From a virus: a stretch of DNA of 27,552 bases. Made by a program: the position numbers and the translations under genes. The notes under the pieces are model-generated. The model saw nothing but the letters and a program-made list of their open reading frames with translations. It made no database searches and was not told the origin of the DNA. The stretch lies in the IMG/VR virus record IMGVR_UViG_644736385_000001, positions 1 to 27,552 of that record; one strand, given 5' to 3'. Positions 1-9,888 of this stretch are shown here, one piece after another. Numbering within the stretch: position 1 is the first letter of the stretch; each line of letters begins with the position of its first letter.

Positions 1-747
<747 letters not shown>

Positions 748-792
748 TGGTTGTAGTGAGTATTCAACATTAATCTAATTTTGACCGTAAAA

Positions 793-800
793 TTTATATA
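793..800 (+). promoter_or_regulatory. TATA box of the tRNA-Ser gene
   Basis: TTTATATA about 35 bp upstream of the mature tRNA 5' end, preceded by a purine-rich BRE-like stretch. Confidence 0.6.
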
Positions 801-834
801 CTAAATCATTATATTCATCATATGTCTGTTTTGT

Positions 835-924
835 GCAGGGGTAGCCAAGCCAGGACTACGGCGCTGGACTTGAGATCCAGTGGGGCTATGCCCCGCCTGG
901 GTTCAAATCCCAGCCCCTGCGCCA
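835..924 (+). tRNA. tRNA-Ser(TGA): tRNA-Ser (anticodon UGA), probable provirus integration target
   Basis: Acceptor GCAGGGG/CCCCTGC, discriminator G, encoded CCA, anticodon arm CTGGA-CTTGAGA-TCCAG, long variable arm GGGGC-TAT-GCCCC, T arm CTGGG-TTCAAAT-CCCAG. No intron. Confidence 0.97.
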
Positions 925-1154
925 TTGATTTAACAACCTAACAGGGCTTTTTTGATATAGTCCAGTGGTGAAGTTAAGCTGTTTTATGTAGAATCTACAA
1001 GGAGCATTTAGAGGACTATGGTTTTTTAAGTTATGCATAACTGGACTAAAATTTGATGCGGTAAGTTATTGATAAATTTAAAGATAAAAATATAAGTGAT
1101 GATAAAAAATATGAAAGTGAAACCCTCTGCAACCCTCCGAAACTATTGTCAATT

Positions 1155-1586
1155 TTAAAGGTCAATGTCATCAGCCCCCTCTTTATCTTCAGTAAGTTGC
1201 AGTAACTCCTTCATTTCTTTTATTGCCATGACTAAATTTCTACCAGCGACTTCTTTTTCTCTTGCCGTTGCCTTTGGATTTTCTAAATCTTTTTTTGCTG
1301 TTTTAATCATTGTAAATAAACCTTCTAATGCCAAACCAAAATTTTTTGCAAGCTCTTTATACATTTTTGAGTAAATTTCTGTAGTTTCTTCTTCTATTGC
1401 TTCAAGTAGTTGGGGCTTTACGTGATTTTGCATGTGTCTTAAAATCGCACTGTATGAGATGTCTTCGTTATACTTTTCCTTTAAATATTTTGATATTCTT
1501 TTAGCTCCCCAACCCTGGAAATACAGTGCTTCTATCTCAGCCCTGTGCGGGGAGTTACATACCTTGCATAATTTGTTATTTGGCAT
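1155..1586 (-). CDS. Small DNA-binding protein, candidate terminase small subunit
   Basis: CxxC (CKVC) and HxxxH (HMQNH) bracket an HTH-like segment ([11 protein letters not shown]...ISYSAILRH), followed by helical oligomerisation-like segments. Last gene of the packaging operon. Confidence 0.5.
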   Translation of the reverse strand: MPNNKLCKVCNSPHRAEIEALYFQGWGAKRISKYLKEKYNEDISYSAILRHMQNHVKPQLLEAIEEETTEIYSKMYKELAKNFGLALEGLFTMIKTAKKDLENPKATAREKEVAGRNLVMAIKEMKELLQLTEDKEGADDIDL

Positions 1587-1587
1587 G

Positions 1588-3435
1588 CTAATCCCCCCTA
1601 TAAGGAGTTATTGTGCATCGGCAGTTGTAGCCAAGAGGAGGAACTAACTCTGGATGTTCTGCTGGAACAAAAACAAGCCCATGTAGTTTTCTATGAGCTG
1701 GTCTGACTCTGTCATCTTTCATTGTGATATAAACAACTTTATCATTCCACCATCTGGCAGCTCTTGCAGTGTTGTATGTTTTTGTCAGTTCTTGCCTTGC
1801 CCTTTGTTGTAATCTTTGCCCTTTAATGTTTCCAATGACTTTTTCTAATTCTTTTTTAAGTTTTTCTTCACCGTAACCCTTTCTAATTCCATCATTTAGG
1901 ACGTCTAAAACTTGCTGGGAATAAGATGAATAGATGTTTTTAAACGCCTGCTCCCAAATTGGCTTTAATTGTGTTAAAATATCCGCAGGTAAATCATCAT
2001 AAACATGTAGAGCGTTCATCGCTGGGATGACATAATCAATTATAAACCTATCAACTTCCTCCCTTGCAAATTGGCTTAATAAATTGTCGTCGAAGTTTGG
2101 ATATTGCATAATAAAGTTTATGAATTTTTTGATGCTCTCTTTTCCAAATTTGTCTCCTTTCTTTGCTAAGTATTCCATTACTTTTCTTAGTTTTTCCCGT
2201 TCTTTTTCTAACTCCTGCAGTTTCTTTTCATCAGTGATGTAATAAAGCCCACTATCGATTGTTTCTACAAGCCCTTCTTTTAGTGGTTTTGCTTTTTTCA
2301 ATAATCTTTCGACTTCTTTTTCAGTTAAATCAATTGTAGATGCCATTATTTCATTTTCGTATTCATTGCTCGGGAATATTCTTTCAATGTATGCACTCAT
2401 GTCTTGTCCTGTTACTGCCTCAACTTGTTTTAATTGTGCAACTGCTTGTATTTTTTGTAGTTGCATGGTGTCAAACTCTGGGTCTGGATTTTTGAATTTA
2501 ATCCAAACGTTTTTGTATCCCATTTTTTGTAACTGCTCATAAATCCATGTTTCTACTTCTTTTTGATAGCCCAAGACAATCCTTAATAAATTCCTGTCTA
2601 TTGTTCTTGATGTAGTTAATTCTTGCCCTGATGCTTTTACAGTTGAGATACTTGTTCCCAGAGCCATAAAGATGGAGCTGTCATATTGGTAGAGTAAAAG
2701 CTCGATTAAATCTGTGGGGATTTCCTTGCCGATGGAGATTGTCTCAATAACTGCGTTTGTTGATGGAACTACAATCCTTGTATGATTTTGCCAATTAGCA
2801 AATGCCTTTTTTAAATACTCTAAGACCTTTTTTTCGTCACTTTTACCTATCACAAGTGGAATTAAAGCCCTCTGCACCATCATAGGGGAGATTGTATAAA
2901 GTATTTGTTCTTTAATCTTAACGATTTTTTCAACGGTCTCATGTGAAGGAATTGAATTGTAAAACACTGATAAATATCTGCTGTCATAAATTTCATCTGC
3001 ATCAATTTTATCCCAAATTTCTTTTGGGGCTATAACTATTTTCTTAGCTTCCACTTCACCATTCCACCATTCTCCTGCAGGAATGTCAGCGGTGTATTCA
3101 ACGTAATAATCCTTTCCATTTGTTCTGACAATGGCAGTATCTGGGTTTATTCTATTGAGTTGATATAAGATGCATTTTCCTTTTAATAAATAATCAATGA
3201 AAGCCAATTTTATGTCTTCGAGTTTTTCTTCAATTAAATCAGCAACTTTATTTTTTATCTTGTTGTTGCTACCTTCAACTGAAAATTCTGTAAAAATTTG
3301 AGTTAATAAAACTCTTATAGCCATATTGACAGCATAGTCCTTTGCTAAATCCACTACTTTATTTTCTTCGCCTATTGGAGGGAGTAGGCCATCTTTATCA
3401 GATAACAGGAATTCAAAGCTCATGTTATCCCTCAT
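1588..3435 (-). CDS. Portal protein fused to a C-terminal MuF/SPP1-gp7-like head morphogenesis domain
   Basis: C-terminus carries the MuF signature ([12 protein letters not shown]...PPLGYNCRC). The N-terminal ~370 aa are portal-sized and directly follow TerL with an ATGA overlap. The portal call is positional and no separate portal gene is seen. Confidence 0.75.
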   Translation of the reverse strand: MRDNMSFEFLLSDKDGLLPPIGEENKVVDLAKDYAVNMAIRVLLTQIFTEFSVEGSNNKIKNKVADLIEEKLEDIKLAFIDYLLKGKCILYQLNRINPDTAIVRTNGKDYYVEYTADIPAGEWWNGEVEAKKIVIAPKEIWDKIDADEIYDSRYLSVFYNSIPSHETVEKIVKIKEQILYTISPMMVQRALIPLVIGKSDEKKVLEYLKKAFANWQNHTRIVVPSTNAVIETISIGKEIPTDLIELLLYQYDSSIFMALGTSISTVKASGQELTTSRTIDRNLLRIVLGYQKEVETWIYEQLQKMGYKNVWIKFKNPDPEFDTMQLQKIQAVAQLKQVEAVTGQDMSAYIERIFPSNEYENEIMASTIDLTEKEVERLLKKAKPLKEGLVETIDSGLYYITDEKKLQELEKEREKLRKVMEYLAKKGDKFGKESIKKFINFIMQYPNFDDNLLSQFAREEVDRFIIDYVIPAMNALHVYDDLPADILTQLKPIWEQAFKNIYSSYSQQVLDVLNDGIRKGYGEEKLKKELEKVIGNIKGQRLQQRARQELTKTYNTARAARWWNDKVVYITMKDDRVRPAHRKLHGLVFVPAEHPELVPPLGYNCRCTITPYRGD

Positions 3436-5030
3436 AGTAAGCTTTTGAATTCAATAATTTCATCATCATCTAATAACTGCTGGAGCTCAAAGTCGTCAAA
3501 TAAATCCCTTGTTAGCATGTTCATGGAGCATTCATAAACAGCTCCGATTAAAGCATCGGCTAAGTCAGGACTTTTCTCTCCAAAATACTTAACTTTGTTT
3601 TCTTCCACTTGATGCTGTAAAATCTGCAATCTTAATTTTTCATTTTTCTGGATTTTTATCTGCTGGCTTTCTATTAGTTTTTGAAGTTCCTTCCACATCT
3701 TAACTTGTTGTGGCATGCTCCAATTGAGGATTTTTGCGTTGCTAAACTTCTGGGCGAAATAGGCACTGTTAAATTGGTCGAATGAAATATAAGCTGTGAA
3801 ATGTTTTCTTAAATGCTCTATAAACTCTTCAACTGCTTTATAATCAACGATGTGGTTTTTTGTTGGCTGTATCTCAATAATGTCGCTGACGATGATTTTA
3901 TCCCCTTCTGTGTATGCAATGGCAATGGCAGTTGAATCGTGTTTTAGGGATAAATCAAAGTGGGCAAAAATAGGCACATCAACGCTTCTAATTTGCTTAA
4001 ACTCTAAGATTGCTTTTCCTTCTTTATAAACTACTCTGTGCTGAAATAAAGGGACTAATTCAACCATGCAGGCGTCTAATTTGGCAACATCTATGAAGTA
4101 AGCATCTAAGTCAGGTGGCTCGCACTCATACATTTTCTTGGCGAGTATGGGGTTTCTTTCGTAATCATCTGCAAAGTCCTCTTTTTTCCTGAATGGATTT
4201 ATTTCCCATGTTTTACCTTTGAATGTGAAGACGTTATCAATATTTTGGTTCTCAATAAACAGTTTGTAGCCAACGTCATCTAATGGGTTTGGTGTTGGGA
4301 ATCTTGTCCATGTTATAACAATCAATTTTCCATCAGTTCCAAATCTTGTTTTTATACTGCTAAGAAGTTGGTAAAATAGTTTTTCAGCATTATAAAAGTT
4401 TTCATCACTAATTTCATCAATTACTGCGCATAATACATTCATTCCCTCAAAGCTCGTTGAATGTGAGTGTCCGCTAACTAATTCAATGTTGTCTCCAATG
4501 CTAACGCTTGTTTTTGTCAGTCGTATTGGAGCTTTACCTGTGTTTTTTTCTTCTTCAAAGCCAACTGCCTGCCATAATAAACATTTTTTAAACCAGTGCT
4601 TAAACTCCTTGAAGAAGACCTTATTAGCTAATTCCATGTTCGGGGCAATATTGACAAAATTAACTCTTGAATATAAATTCTCTTTGAGTGTTGCCTTCAT
4701 TAACATATAATTAAATAATAATGATACCATGAAGTCCTTTCCACTTCCTTTTCCTGCTAAGATTATTGATGTTGGGTATTCAGCCATTCCTTTTAAAATC
4801 TCTTTCTGTTTTTCTCCTAAGGTGTTAATTCCTATAACTTTCTCAGCAAACTCTACAATGTCAATGTCTTTAAGTGTTTCTACTAACTCATAAAATGCCT
4901 GTTTAAACCAGCCCTTTCTTTTTGTTATTGGAATGTTTAAGTTATTGCAGAGTTGGATAAATGCCTCTTTGTTTAATGTTTTATTCTTAATTGCGAGTTT
5001 AAAGAGTTCTTTGAGATACATAGCCATCAC
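3432..5030 (-). CDS. terL: Terminase large subunit
   Basis: Walker A (AGKGSGKD), Walker B (AVIDE), and an RNase H-like nuclease domain with acidic motifs (HFDLSLKHDSTA, SFDQF, PDLADAL). Confidence 0.92.
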   Translation of the reverse strand: MMAMYLKELFKLAIKNKTLNKEAFIQLCNNLNIPITKRKGWFKQAFYELVETLKDIDIVEFAEKVIGINTLGEKQKEILKGMAEYPTSIILAGKGSGKDFMVSLLFNYMLMKATLKENLYSRVNFVNIAPNMELANKVFFKEFKHWFKKCLLWQAVGFEEEKNTGKAPIRLTKTSVSIGDNIELVSGHSHSTSFEGMNVLCAVIDEISDENFYNAEKLFYQLLSSIKTRFGTDGKLIVITWTRFPTPNPLDDVGYKLFIENQNIDNVFTFKGKTWEINPFRKKEDFADDYERNPILAKKMYECEPPDLDAYFIDVAKLDACMVELVPLFQHRVVYKEGKAILEFKQIRSVDVPIFAHFDLSLKHDSTAIAIAYTEGDKIIVSDIIEIQPTKNHIVDYKAVEEFIEHLRKHFTAYISFDQFNSAYFAQKFSNAKILNWSMPQQVKMWKELQKLIESQQIKIQKNEKLRLQILQHQVEENKVKYFGEKSPDLADALIGAVYECSMNMLTRDLFDDFELQQLLDDDEIIEFKSLL

Positions 5031-5563
5031 ATTTTTTTAATAGCTTTTTCTATGATTTTTGGAAGATTCTTTTGGACTTTTTCTAACGCTGGTTTTATAA
5101 ACGGTCGGGCTGGAATATTCATATTCCTTGTATGAGCTTTTACCCTAACTTTGTTAGATTCGTTTTTATCTTTCTTTTTTGTCATTCCCTTTTTGCCTTT
5201 TTTCCCTTTCTTAGATTTTGGTTTCTTTCTATAATGTTCCTTAACATTTACAGTTCCTGAAAATCCAAACTCATGCACTGCGGCATATTCCATATTGTTT
5301 ATAACTTTAACAGTTATCCCTTTTCTATCAACTTTAATCCTACTTTGAGTAGCTTTTACTAGATGCCCATGCTTCATTAATCCTTCAGTGTTCCAGCCAT
5401 GTGTTTCTTTGTATTTTTTGTATTTTTCATTCAGAGGTTTCCATTTTAGTTCTTTCTTTTCAAATCCTCTTCTTATATTGTCATCAACCTCAGCAGTTAG
5501 TTCTTTCTCAATCTCATGAGCTACTGTCTCTTTAAATTTCCTAATCCATTCATCATAATCCAT
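5027..5563 (-). CDS. Virion morphogenesis/neck protein (Mu gpG / HK97 gp10-like)
   Basis: Motifs WKPL, YAAVHEFG and IPARPFIKPALE, with a Lys-rich insert between V.EH.R and VKAHTR. Confidence 0.8.
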   Translation of the reverse strand: MDYDEWIRKFKETVAHEIEKELTAEVDDNIRRGFEKKELKWKPLNEKYKKYKETHGWNTEGLMKHGHLVKATQSRIKVDRKGITVKVINNMEYAAVHEFGFSGTVNVKEHYRKKPKSKKGKKGKKGMTKKKDKNESNKVRVKAHTRNMNIPARPFIKPALEKVQKNLPKIIEKAIKKM

Positions 5564-5883
5564 TATTTCAACCTCAATGGCTTACCTGTCAAAATCAAAT
5601 AAGCAACATAAGCTCCTAATAGTTGATGTCCATAAGCCTCTGCAATTTCTTCTTTTGTATAGTCATCACAAGCCAGTTCTATGACTTTTAGATAGTTTAA
5701 AGTTCCATTTTCAAGCCCGTGTTTAATTGCCTTGTCTATTGCTTCAATAACCTCCTCTTTAATATCGTCTGGAAGACCAAAAGCTGTATTTATGATTCTT
5801 AGGATTCTTTTATCAACGTCATTACCCATATCGGCAGATTTTTCTTTTTCTTGGATTTTCTTCCAAAGAGACATTTTAACCAC
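5563..5883 (-). CDS. Hypothetical helical protein
   Basis: Contiguous with neighbours, GGTGG RBS; no recognised motif. Confidence 0.65.
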   Translation of the reverse strand: MVKMSLWKKIQEKEKSADMGNDVDKRILRIINTAFGLPDDIKEEVIEAIDKAIKHGLENGTLNYLKVIELACDDYTKEEIAEAYGHQLLGAYVAYLILTGKPLRLK

Positions 5884-5900
5884 CTAAGAGTTTTAAAAAT

Positions 5901-6299
5901 TCAATTAGAATCATTAACAATTGGGATAACGCAGGAGGAAGAAGTTTTGAAGCTATTATCATTCCTGCTATGCTTTCTATTGTCCTCATTATAATGTATT
6001 TTTTGAGTTTCTTTTTCAATTCTAATGATTGTGTTGTTTGATGCTTTTGAATCGCCCACAACAATCTTTTTAACTCTTTGATGAGGTGGTTTAAGAACAT
6101 CTGAAATAGCCGAAATAATCCCACCATTACCTTTAATACCGTTGTATAGAAAAAACAATAAAGAGAAAATCCCAAAAACAACCAAAGTTAATGCCATTGA
6201 TTGATATAGCCCTTTTAAATAGAAAACTAATTCCAAAACCAAAAACAATGCTACAAATCCGATAACTGTTTGTTTGTCCATTTTTTCACCAGTTATCAA
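5901..6299 (-). CDS. Membrane protein, two N-terminal hydrophobic helices and a soluble C-terminus
   Basis: Hydrophobic runs VIGFVALFLVLELVFYL and ALTLVVFGIFSLLFFLY. The start is probably the ATG at 6281 (MDKQ), after GGTGA. Confidence 0.65.
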   Translation of the reverse strand: MITGEKMDKQTVIGFVALFLVLELVFYLKGLYQSMALTLVVFGIFSLLFFLYNGIKGNGGIISAISDVLKPPHQRVKKIVVGDSKASNNTIIRIEKETQKIHYNEDNRKHSRNDNSFKTSSSCVIPIVNDSN

Positions 6300-6561
6300 C
6301 GATAATCAGCTTTTTTCCCAAAGCTTGTAGAATTTTTAAAACAGTATCAATTCTTGGATTGGCTAATTCATTGTTTTTAATTGCGTAAAGGGTTCTGACA
6401 TTCACACCTGTCTTTTTGGATAGGGCGTGGTATGAAGTCCCATTTAGTGCTTCACTTACAACTTTTGATAGTTCATCGAGTAATTGCTCTGTTGTGGGTA
6501 TGAGAGTTCCTTCTGCTTTAATTGAAACTGCTATACTTGCTGTTTCTACCTTAGCAGTCAT
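6286..6561 (-). CDS. XRE/Cro-type helix-turn-helix regulator
   Basis: SYHALSKKTGVNVRTLYAIKNNELANPRIDTVLKILQALG is a typical XRE HTH. GAGGGG RBS; first gene of the leftward operon. Confidence 0.88.
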   Translation of the reverse strand: MTAKVETASIAVSIKAEGTLIPTTEQLLDELSKVVSEALNGTSYHALSKKTGVNVRTLYAIKNNELANPRIDTVLKILQALGKKLIIVDNW

Positions 6562-6591
6562 ATTATCCCCTCATTTACTTTTATTCAAACT

Positions 6592-6638
6592 CATATAAAT
6601 ACTTTTGTTTATTTGAGTAAATAAAAACTTAAATATGA
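6592..6638. promoter_or_regulatory. Back-to-back promoters for the packaging (left) and virion (right) operons
   Basis: Minus strand CAAAAG-TA-TTTATATG (TATA at 6592-6599); plus strand AAAAAC-TTAAATAT (about 6623-6636). Confidence 0.55.
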
Positions 6639-6663
6639 GAAAACTAAGGATAAATGTAGGGGC

Positions 6664-6677
6664 TGTGGGGCCCCACA
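6664..6677. repeat. Perfect 14-bp GC-rich palindrome TGTGGGGCCCCACA
   Basis: Read directly from the sequence; lies between the rightward TATA and the first virion-operon RBS. Confidence 0.9.
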
Positions 6678-6708
6678 CTAATATCAATACAACAAAAAGG
6701 TGTTCGTT

Positions 6709-7005
6709 ATGGCGTTGTTTGGTAAGAAAGAAGCTGAGGCGGTTGATGACTTAGTTCCTAAAAAAAGTGATTTTGTTGAGAAGATTGCTCAGGAGGTAAT
6801 AAGGAAGGATAAGGTTGATGGTTTAGTTAGAAAACATGAGATGGAGCAGTTCTATCATGAAAAATCACAAAGTGAGAAGATTGCAGAATTGAAGGCAGAG
6901 TTAGCTAAGAAAGATAAAGAAATTGAAGAGTTGAAGGAGGAGATTAGAGCATTAAGGGGTAAAGCTGGGGGAGTTGGAATGGGAGGTAGCCCAGCTGGTA
7001 GGTAA
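6709..7005 (+). CDS. Small coiled-coil protein upstream of the prohead protease
   Basis: AGGTG RBS favours ATG 6709 over GTG 6700; heptad-like KIAELKAELAKKDKEIEELKEEIRALR. Confidence 0.7.
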   Translation: MALFGKKEAEAVDDLVPKKSDFVEKIAQEVIRKDKVDGLVRKHEMEQFYHEKSQSEKIAELKAELAKKDKEIEELKEEIRALRGKAGGVGMGGSPAGR

Positions 7006-7063
7006 ATTGGAAGTATTAGAAAAGATTGTTTTAAAGAAGCTTTAATTTCTCTTCTTTTCCATT

Positions 7064-8173
7064 TTGGTGGTTAAAATGCAGATTTGGATGAAAGTTTTAG
7101 AACCAACAACTATTGACGGGAGGGAGATAACAAAGGACTTCATTATGCAATATGCTCCAACTTTGAAAGGAAAGCCAGTTAATATAGACCACAATTATTT
7201 CAATGCTTCAAATACAGCAGTTGGAGAGGTTAAACAAGTAGCAGTTAATCCTGAAACAGGAGAGCTTTATGCGTTATTGGAGATTTTTGATGATGTATAT
7301 AATCAAATTAAAGATGAACTAAAAGGGGCTTCAATTGAATGGAACGCCAACCCAAGTGGCGATACTGGAATGTTTAGGGCTGTTGCCTTGTGTGTTAATA
7401 CAGTTCCAAAGGTTCCAACTACAATGGGAACCCAAGCTGAGGTTGTTGCTGCTTCCCCCTCTCATAAATCAAAAATGGAAGTTGTTGATGGGAATTGGGA
7501 TAAAACAAAAGCTATCCAAGCTTTAAGAAAATGGGCAAGTTCAGACGGAAGTGGAGATAAAGACAAGATAGACTGGGATAAGTATAAGCTTGGCTTTGCT
7601 TATTACGACCCTAACAAAAAAGAAGATTTTGGCAGTTACAAGTTCCCTCACCATACGGTTGTTAATGGCAAGCTGGTCCTACATAAGCAGGGGCTTTTTA
7701 CTGCAATGGCTTATGTTAATGGTGCTATGGGTGCTACGATTCCTGAAAATGTTAGAAAAGAAGTGTATAAGCATTTAAGAGAACATTACAAGAGGGATTT
7801 GGGTATGAAAAGTGATGAAGTTCCTGAGTTTAAGGCATCTGAGAAATTAGAGCAAGAGTTAATTGAGAAGGTTAAAAAAGCAGTTGTAGAGGATTTAAAG
7901 AAAGATATGCCTGAGATTATGGCATCTGCGTTAAAAAAACAATTGCCTGAACTTCTCGCATCTATAAAGGAAGTGAAAAAAGAGCAAAATGAGACAAAAG
8001 AAGTTAAGGAAATCAACGCATCTGAGATTTGTGAAAAGCTAAACAACATAGAAGCTTTATTGAAAACTATCGTTAAGAAGCAGTTAAACTCATCTGAAAT
8101 AAGTGCTTCAAAACCTCCATCAGGAAAAGGAAAACCAGATGTTTATGAGAATGGGGTTATAATTGACTTGTAA
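7064..8173 (+). CDS. Prohead protease with internal accessory domain and C-terminal scaffold-like region
   Basis: Assemblin/HK97-type pattern LKGKPVNIDH...VGEV...LKGASIEW...AVAL, then a W/Y-rich domain and a charged helical tail. Precedes decoration and capsid genes. Likely start ATG 7076. Confidence 0.8.
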   Translation: MVVKMQIWMKVLEPTTIDGREITKDFIMQYAPTLKGKPVNIDHNYFNASNTAVGEVKQVAVNPETGELYALLEIFDDVYNQIKDELKGASIEWNANPSGDTGMFRAVALCVNTVPKVPTTMGTQAEVVAASPSHKSKMEVVDGNWDKTKAIQALRKWASSDGSGDKDKIDWDKYKLGFAYYDPNKKEDFGSYKFPHHTVVNGKLVLHKQGLFTAMAYVNGAMGATIPENVRKEVYKHLREHYKRDLGMKSDEVPEFKASEKLEQELIEKVKKAVVEDLKKDMPEIMASALKKQLPELLASIKEVKKEQNETKEVKEINASEICEKLNNIEALLKTIVKKQLNSSEISASKPPSGKGKPDVYENGVIIDL

Positions 8174-8182
8174 GGTGAGACA

Positions 8183-8509
8183 ATGGCAGAGGTTGTTTCA
8201 TTACCAATTGCGGCTACTGAATTAGAGCCATATACTTTTGTTAAAATTACTGATACTGGCTTAGTAGTTGGTAACTCTACAGGCATTGATGGAGTTGTGT
8301 TGCCAAGAGCAGCTCCTTTAGTTAAGGGGGCTATTGCGGATGTTATAGTTTTAGGAGTTGCAACAGTAAAACTTGCAGATGGAGAAAATCCAAAGGTAGG
8401 AGATTATGTTTTAGCAGATACATCTGGATGTGCAGTTGTTGATAATGAGAATGGTAGATTTAAAGTCATTAGAGTTCATGGGCAGTATGTTGATGTTTTG
8501 ATTAAATAA
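8183..8509 (+). CDS. Capsid decoration/cement protein (DUF2190-like beta fold)
   Basis: 108 aa, Gly/Val-rich beta pattern (VIVLGVATVKLA...KVGDYVLADTSGCAV), located between protease and capsid gene. Confidence 0.7.
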   Translation: MAEVVSLPIAATELEPYTFVKITDTGLVVGNSTGIDGVVLPRAAPLVKGAIADVIVLGVATVKLADGENPKVGDYVLADTSGCAVVDNENGRFKVIRVHGQYVDVLIK

Positions 8510-8522
8510 TTGAGGTGATTTT

Positions 8523-9281
8523 ATGGCTTTAACTGCAAGAGAGGCAGAGATTGTAAAGAAAGCATTTAAGCAAATACATGATTCTCAGAATTTCATTAGG
8601 AAAATCATGCCAAAACAGAAGATAGATAAAGACAAGGAAGTTTATACGGTTGAAACTATTGAATTGGATGAGTCAATTTTGTCAGAAACAAGTATGGAAG
8701 TTATTGAAATCCCTTATAAAACTTCATCAACATCTAAGAGAATATTTGATTTAGCCGCAAAATTAACAAGACCGAGAAGATTATTAACTCCTGACAATTT
8801 TACAAAATTAAGTTTAATGCTTGCTAAAATTATCACAAAATCTGAAAACTATTACGGAATTAATGAATTGCTAACTAATTCAACAGTTGAAAGTGCATCA
8901 AAATCTTGGGATGCTGCTACGCCGAAAGATATTGTTAAAGATATTCAAAATGCTGTTATTCAAATACAACAATACACTAACGCACCAATAAACATGGTTT
9001 TACCAACTTCAAAGGCGACTTACTTTAAAACACCAAATGATTATGGATTATCTCCTGAAAATCTACTAAAAGGGACTATTACAAATGTATTTATCACAAA
9101 TTTAGTTAAGGATAAGGCAATATTAGTTCCTGCAGACCCTACAGTTGTGTCTTTCAATGTGGCTGAGGATTTGAAAGTGGATAAAAAAGAGGATTTAAAC
9201 ACTGCAATTATTTGGGCTACTGAAGCAATCTGTCCAAGTGTTGATTTAAAAGAAGCGGTAATTGTATTGAGTGGAATTTAA
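8523..9281 (+). CDS. Major capsid protein, compact HK97 fold (inferred)
   Basis: Position after protease and decoration gene, strong GAGGTGA RBS, and an overall pattern compatible with short HK97/encapsulin-like capsids. Confidence 0.75.
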   Translation: MALTAREAEIVKKAFKQIHDSQNFIRKIMPKQKIDKDKEVYTVETIELDESILSETSMEVIEIPYKTSSTSKRIFDLAAKLTRPRRLLTPDNFTKLSLMLAKIITKSENYYGINELLTNSTVESASKSWDAATPKDIVKDIQNAVIQIQQYTNAPINMVLPTSKATYFKTPNDYGLSPENLLKGTITNVFITNLVKDKAILVPADPTVVSFNVAEDLKVDKKEDLNTAIIWATEAICPSVDLKEAVIVLSGI

Positions 9282-9284
9282 GGG

Positions 9285-9596
9285 ATGATTATGGTTGATG
9301 TTTCGGAAGTTTTAGCTAAGATGAAGCCACTCTTAGGAATGAGTGCTGATGAGGACTTTGCCAATCATGAACAAGCAGAGGCATCTGCAAACTTAGCAAT
9401 AAAAACATCCCAAGTTGAAGATGCTGACATTATTGCTATATTGGCTTGCTATTATTACACTGAATCAAGGGATATGAAAACTGACGAAAACGTTTCAGTT
9501 ATGGCTAATCACTTTTATAGAATGTATCAAATTGCTATTGAGGAAGCAAAACAGAAGGAATTAAATGAAGAAGAGGGGGCGGTGTTCTTTGACTAA
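9285..9596 (+). CDS. Head-tail adaptor/connector (inferred)
   Basis: About 100-aa acidic helical protein immediately after the capsid gene. Confidence 0.55.
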   Translation: MIMVDVSEVLAKMKPLLGMSADEDFANHEQAEASANLAIKTSQVEDADIIAILACYYYTESRDMKTDENVSVMANHFYRMYQIAIEEAKQKELNEEEGAVFFD

Positions 9597-9888
9597 CTAC
9601 ACTAATGCAAAGGCGTTAGTTGAGGAAATCATCAATAAGCTAAAAGAATCTGGTGTTAAAGTTAAATCTCCTTTATCCAAAATTCAAGATTTCCATTGTG
9701 AGGCAGATTTTTCTATTGAGATTGAAAATAGAGTAGCTTATGTAGATGCAACATTTACTTTTGATAAACCACCAAATTCTAACATGGTTGAGAAAATTGA
9801 AGCAGTTATGACAACGTATAACTCTTATTTGGAAAGGATTGACTTTGAGGCAGATTATACTAAGTTAGAGTTTAGGAGCGTGAGATAA
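9565..9888 (+). CDS. Tail terminator/neck protein (inferred)
   Basis: Alpha/beta protein just before the tail tube gene. Likely start TTG 9589, after GAGGGGGCGGTG. Confidence 0.5.
   Translation: MKKRGRCSLTNYTNAKALVEEIINKLKESGVKVKSPLSKIQDFHCEADFSIEIENRVAYVDATFTFDKPPNSNMVEKIEAVMTTYNSYLERIDFEADYTKLEFRSVR

Noticed and set aside
835-924. tRNA-Sec, suggested by adjacency to pstK and a TGA in the loop
   Set aside because: The anticodon is UGA, which reads UCA (Ser). tRNA-Sec needs UCA, and the 7-bp acceptor and 5-bp T stems here are canonical.
6608-6625. TTTATTT-GAGT-AAATAAA inverted repeat as an operator
   Set aside because: Entirely A/T arms in an AT-rich promoter region; expected by chance.
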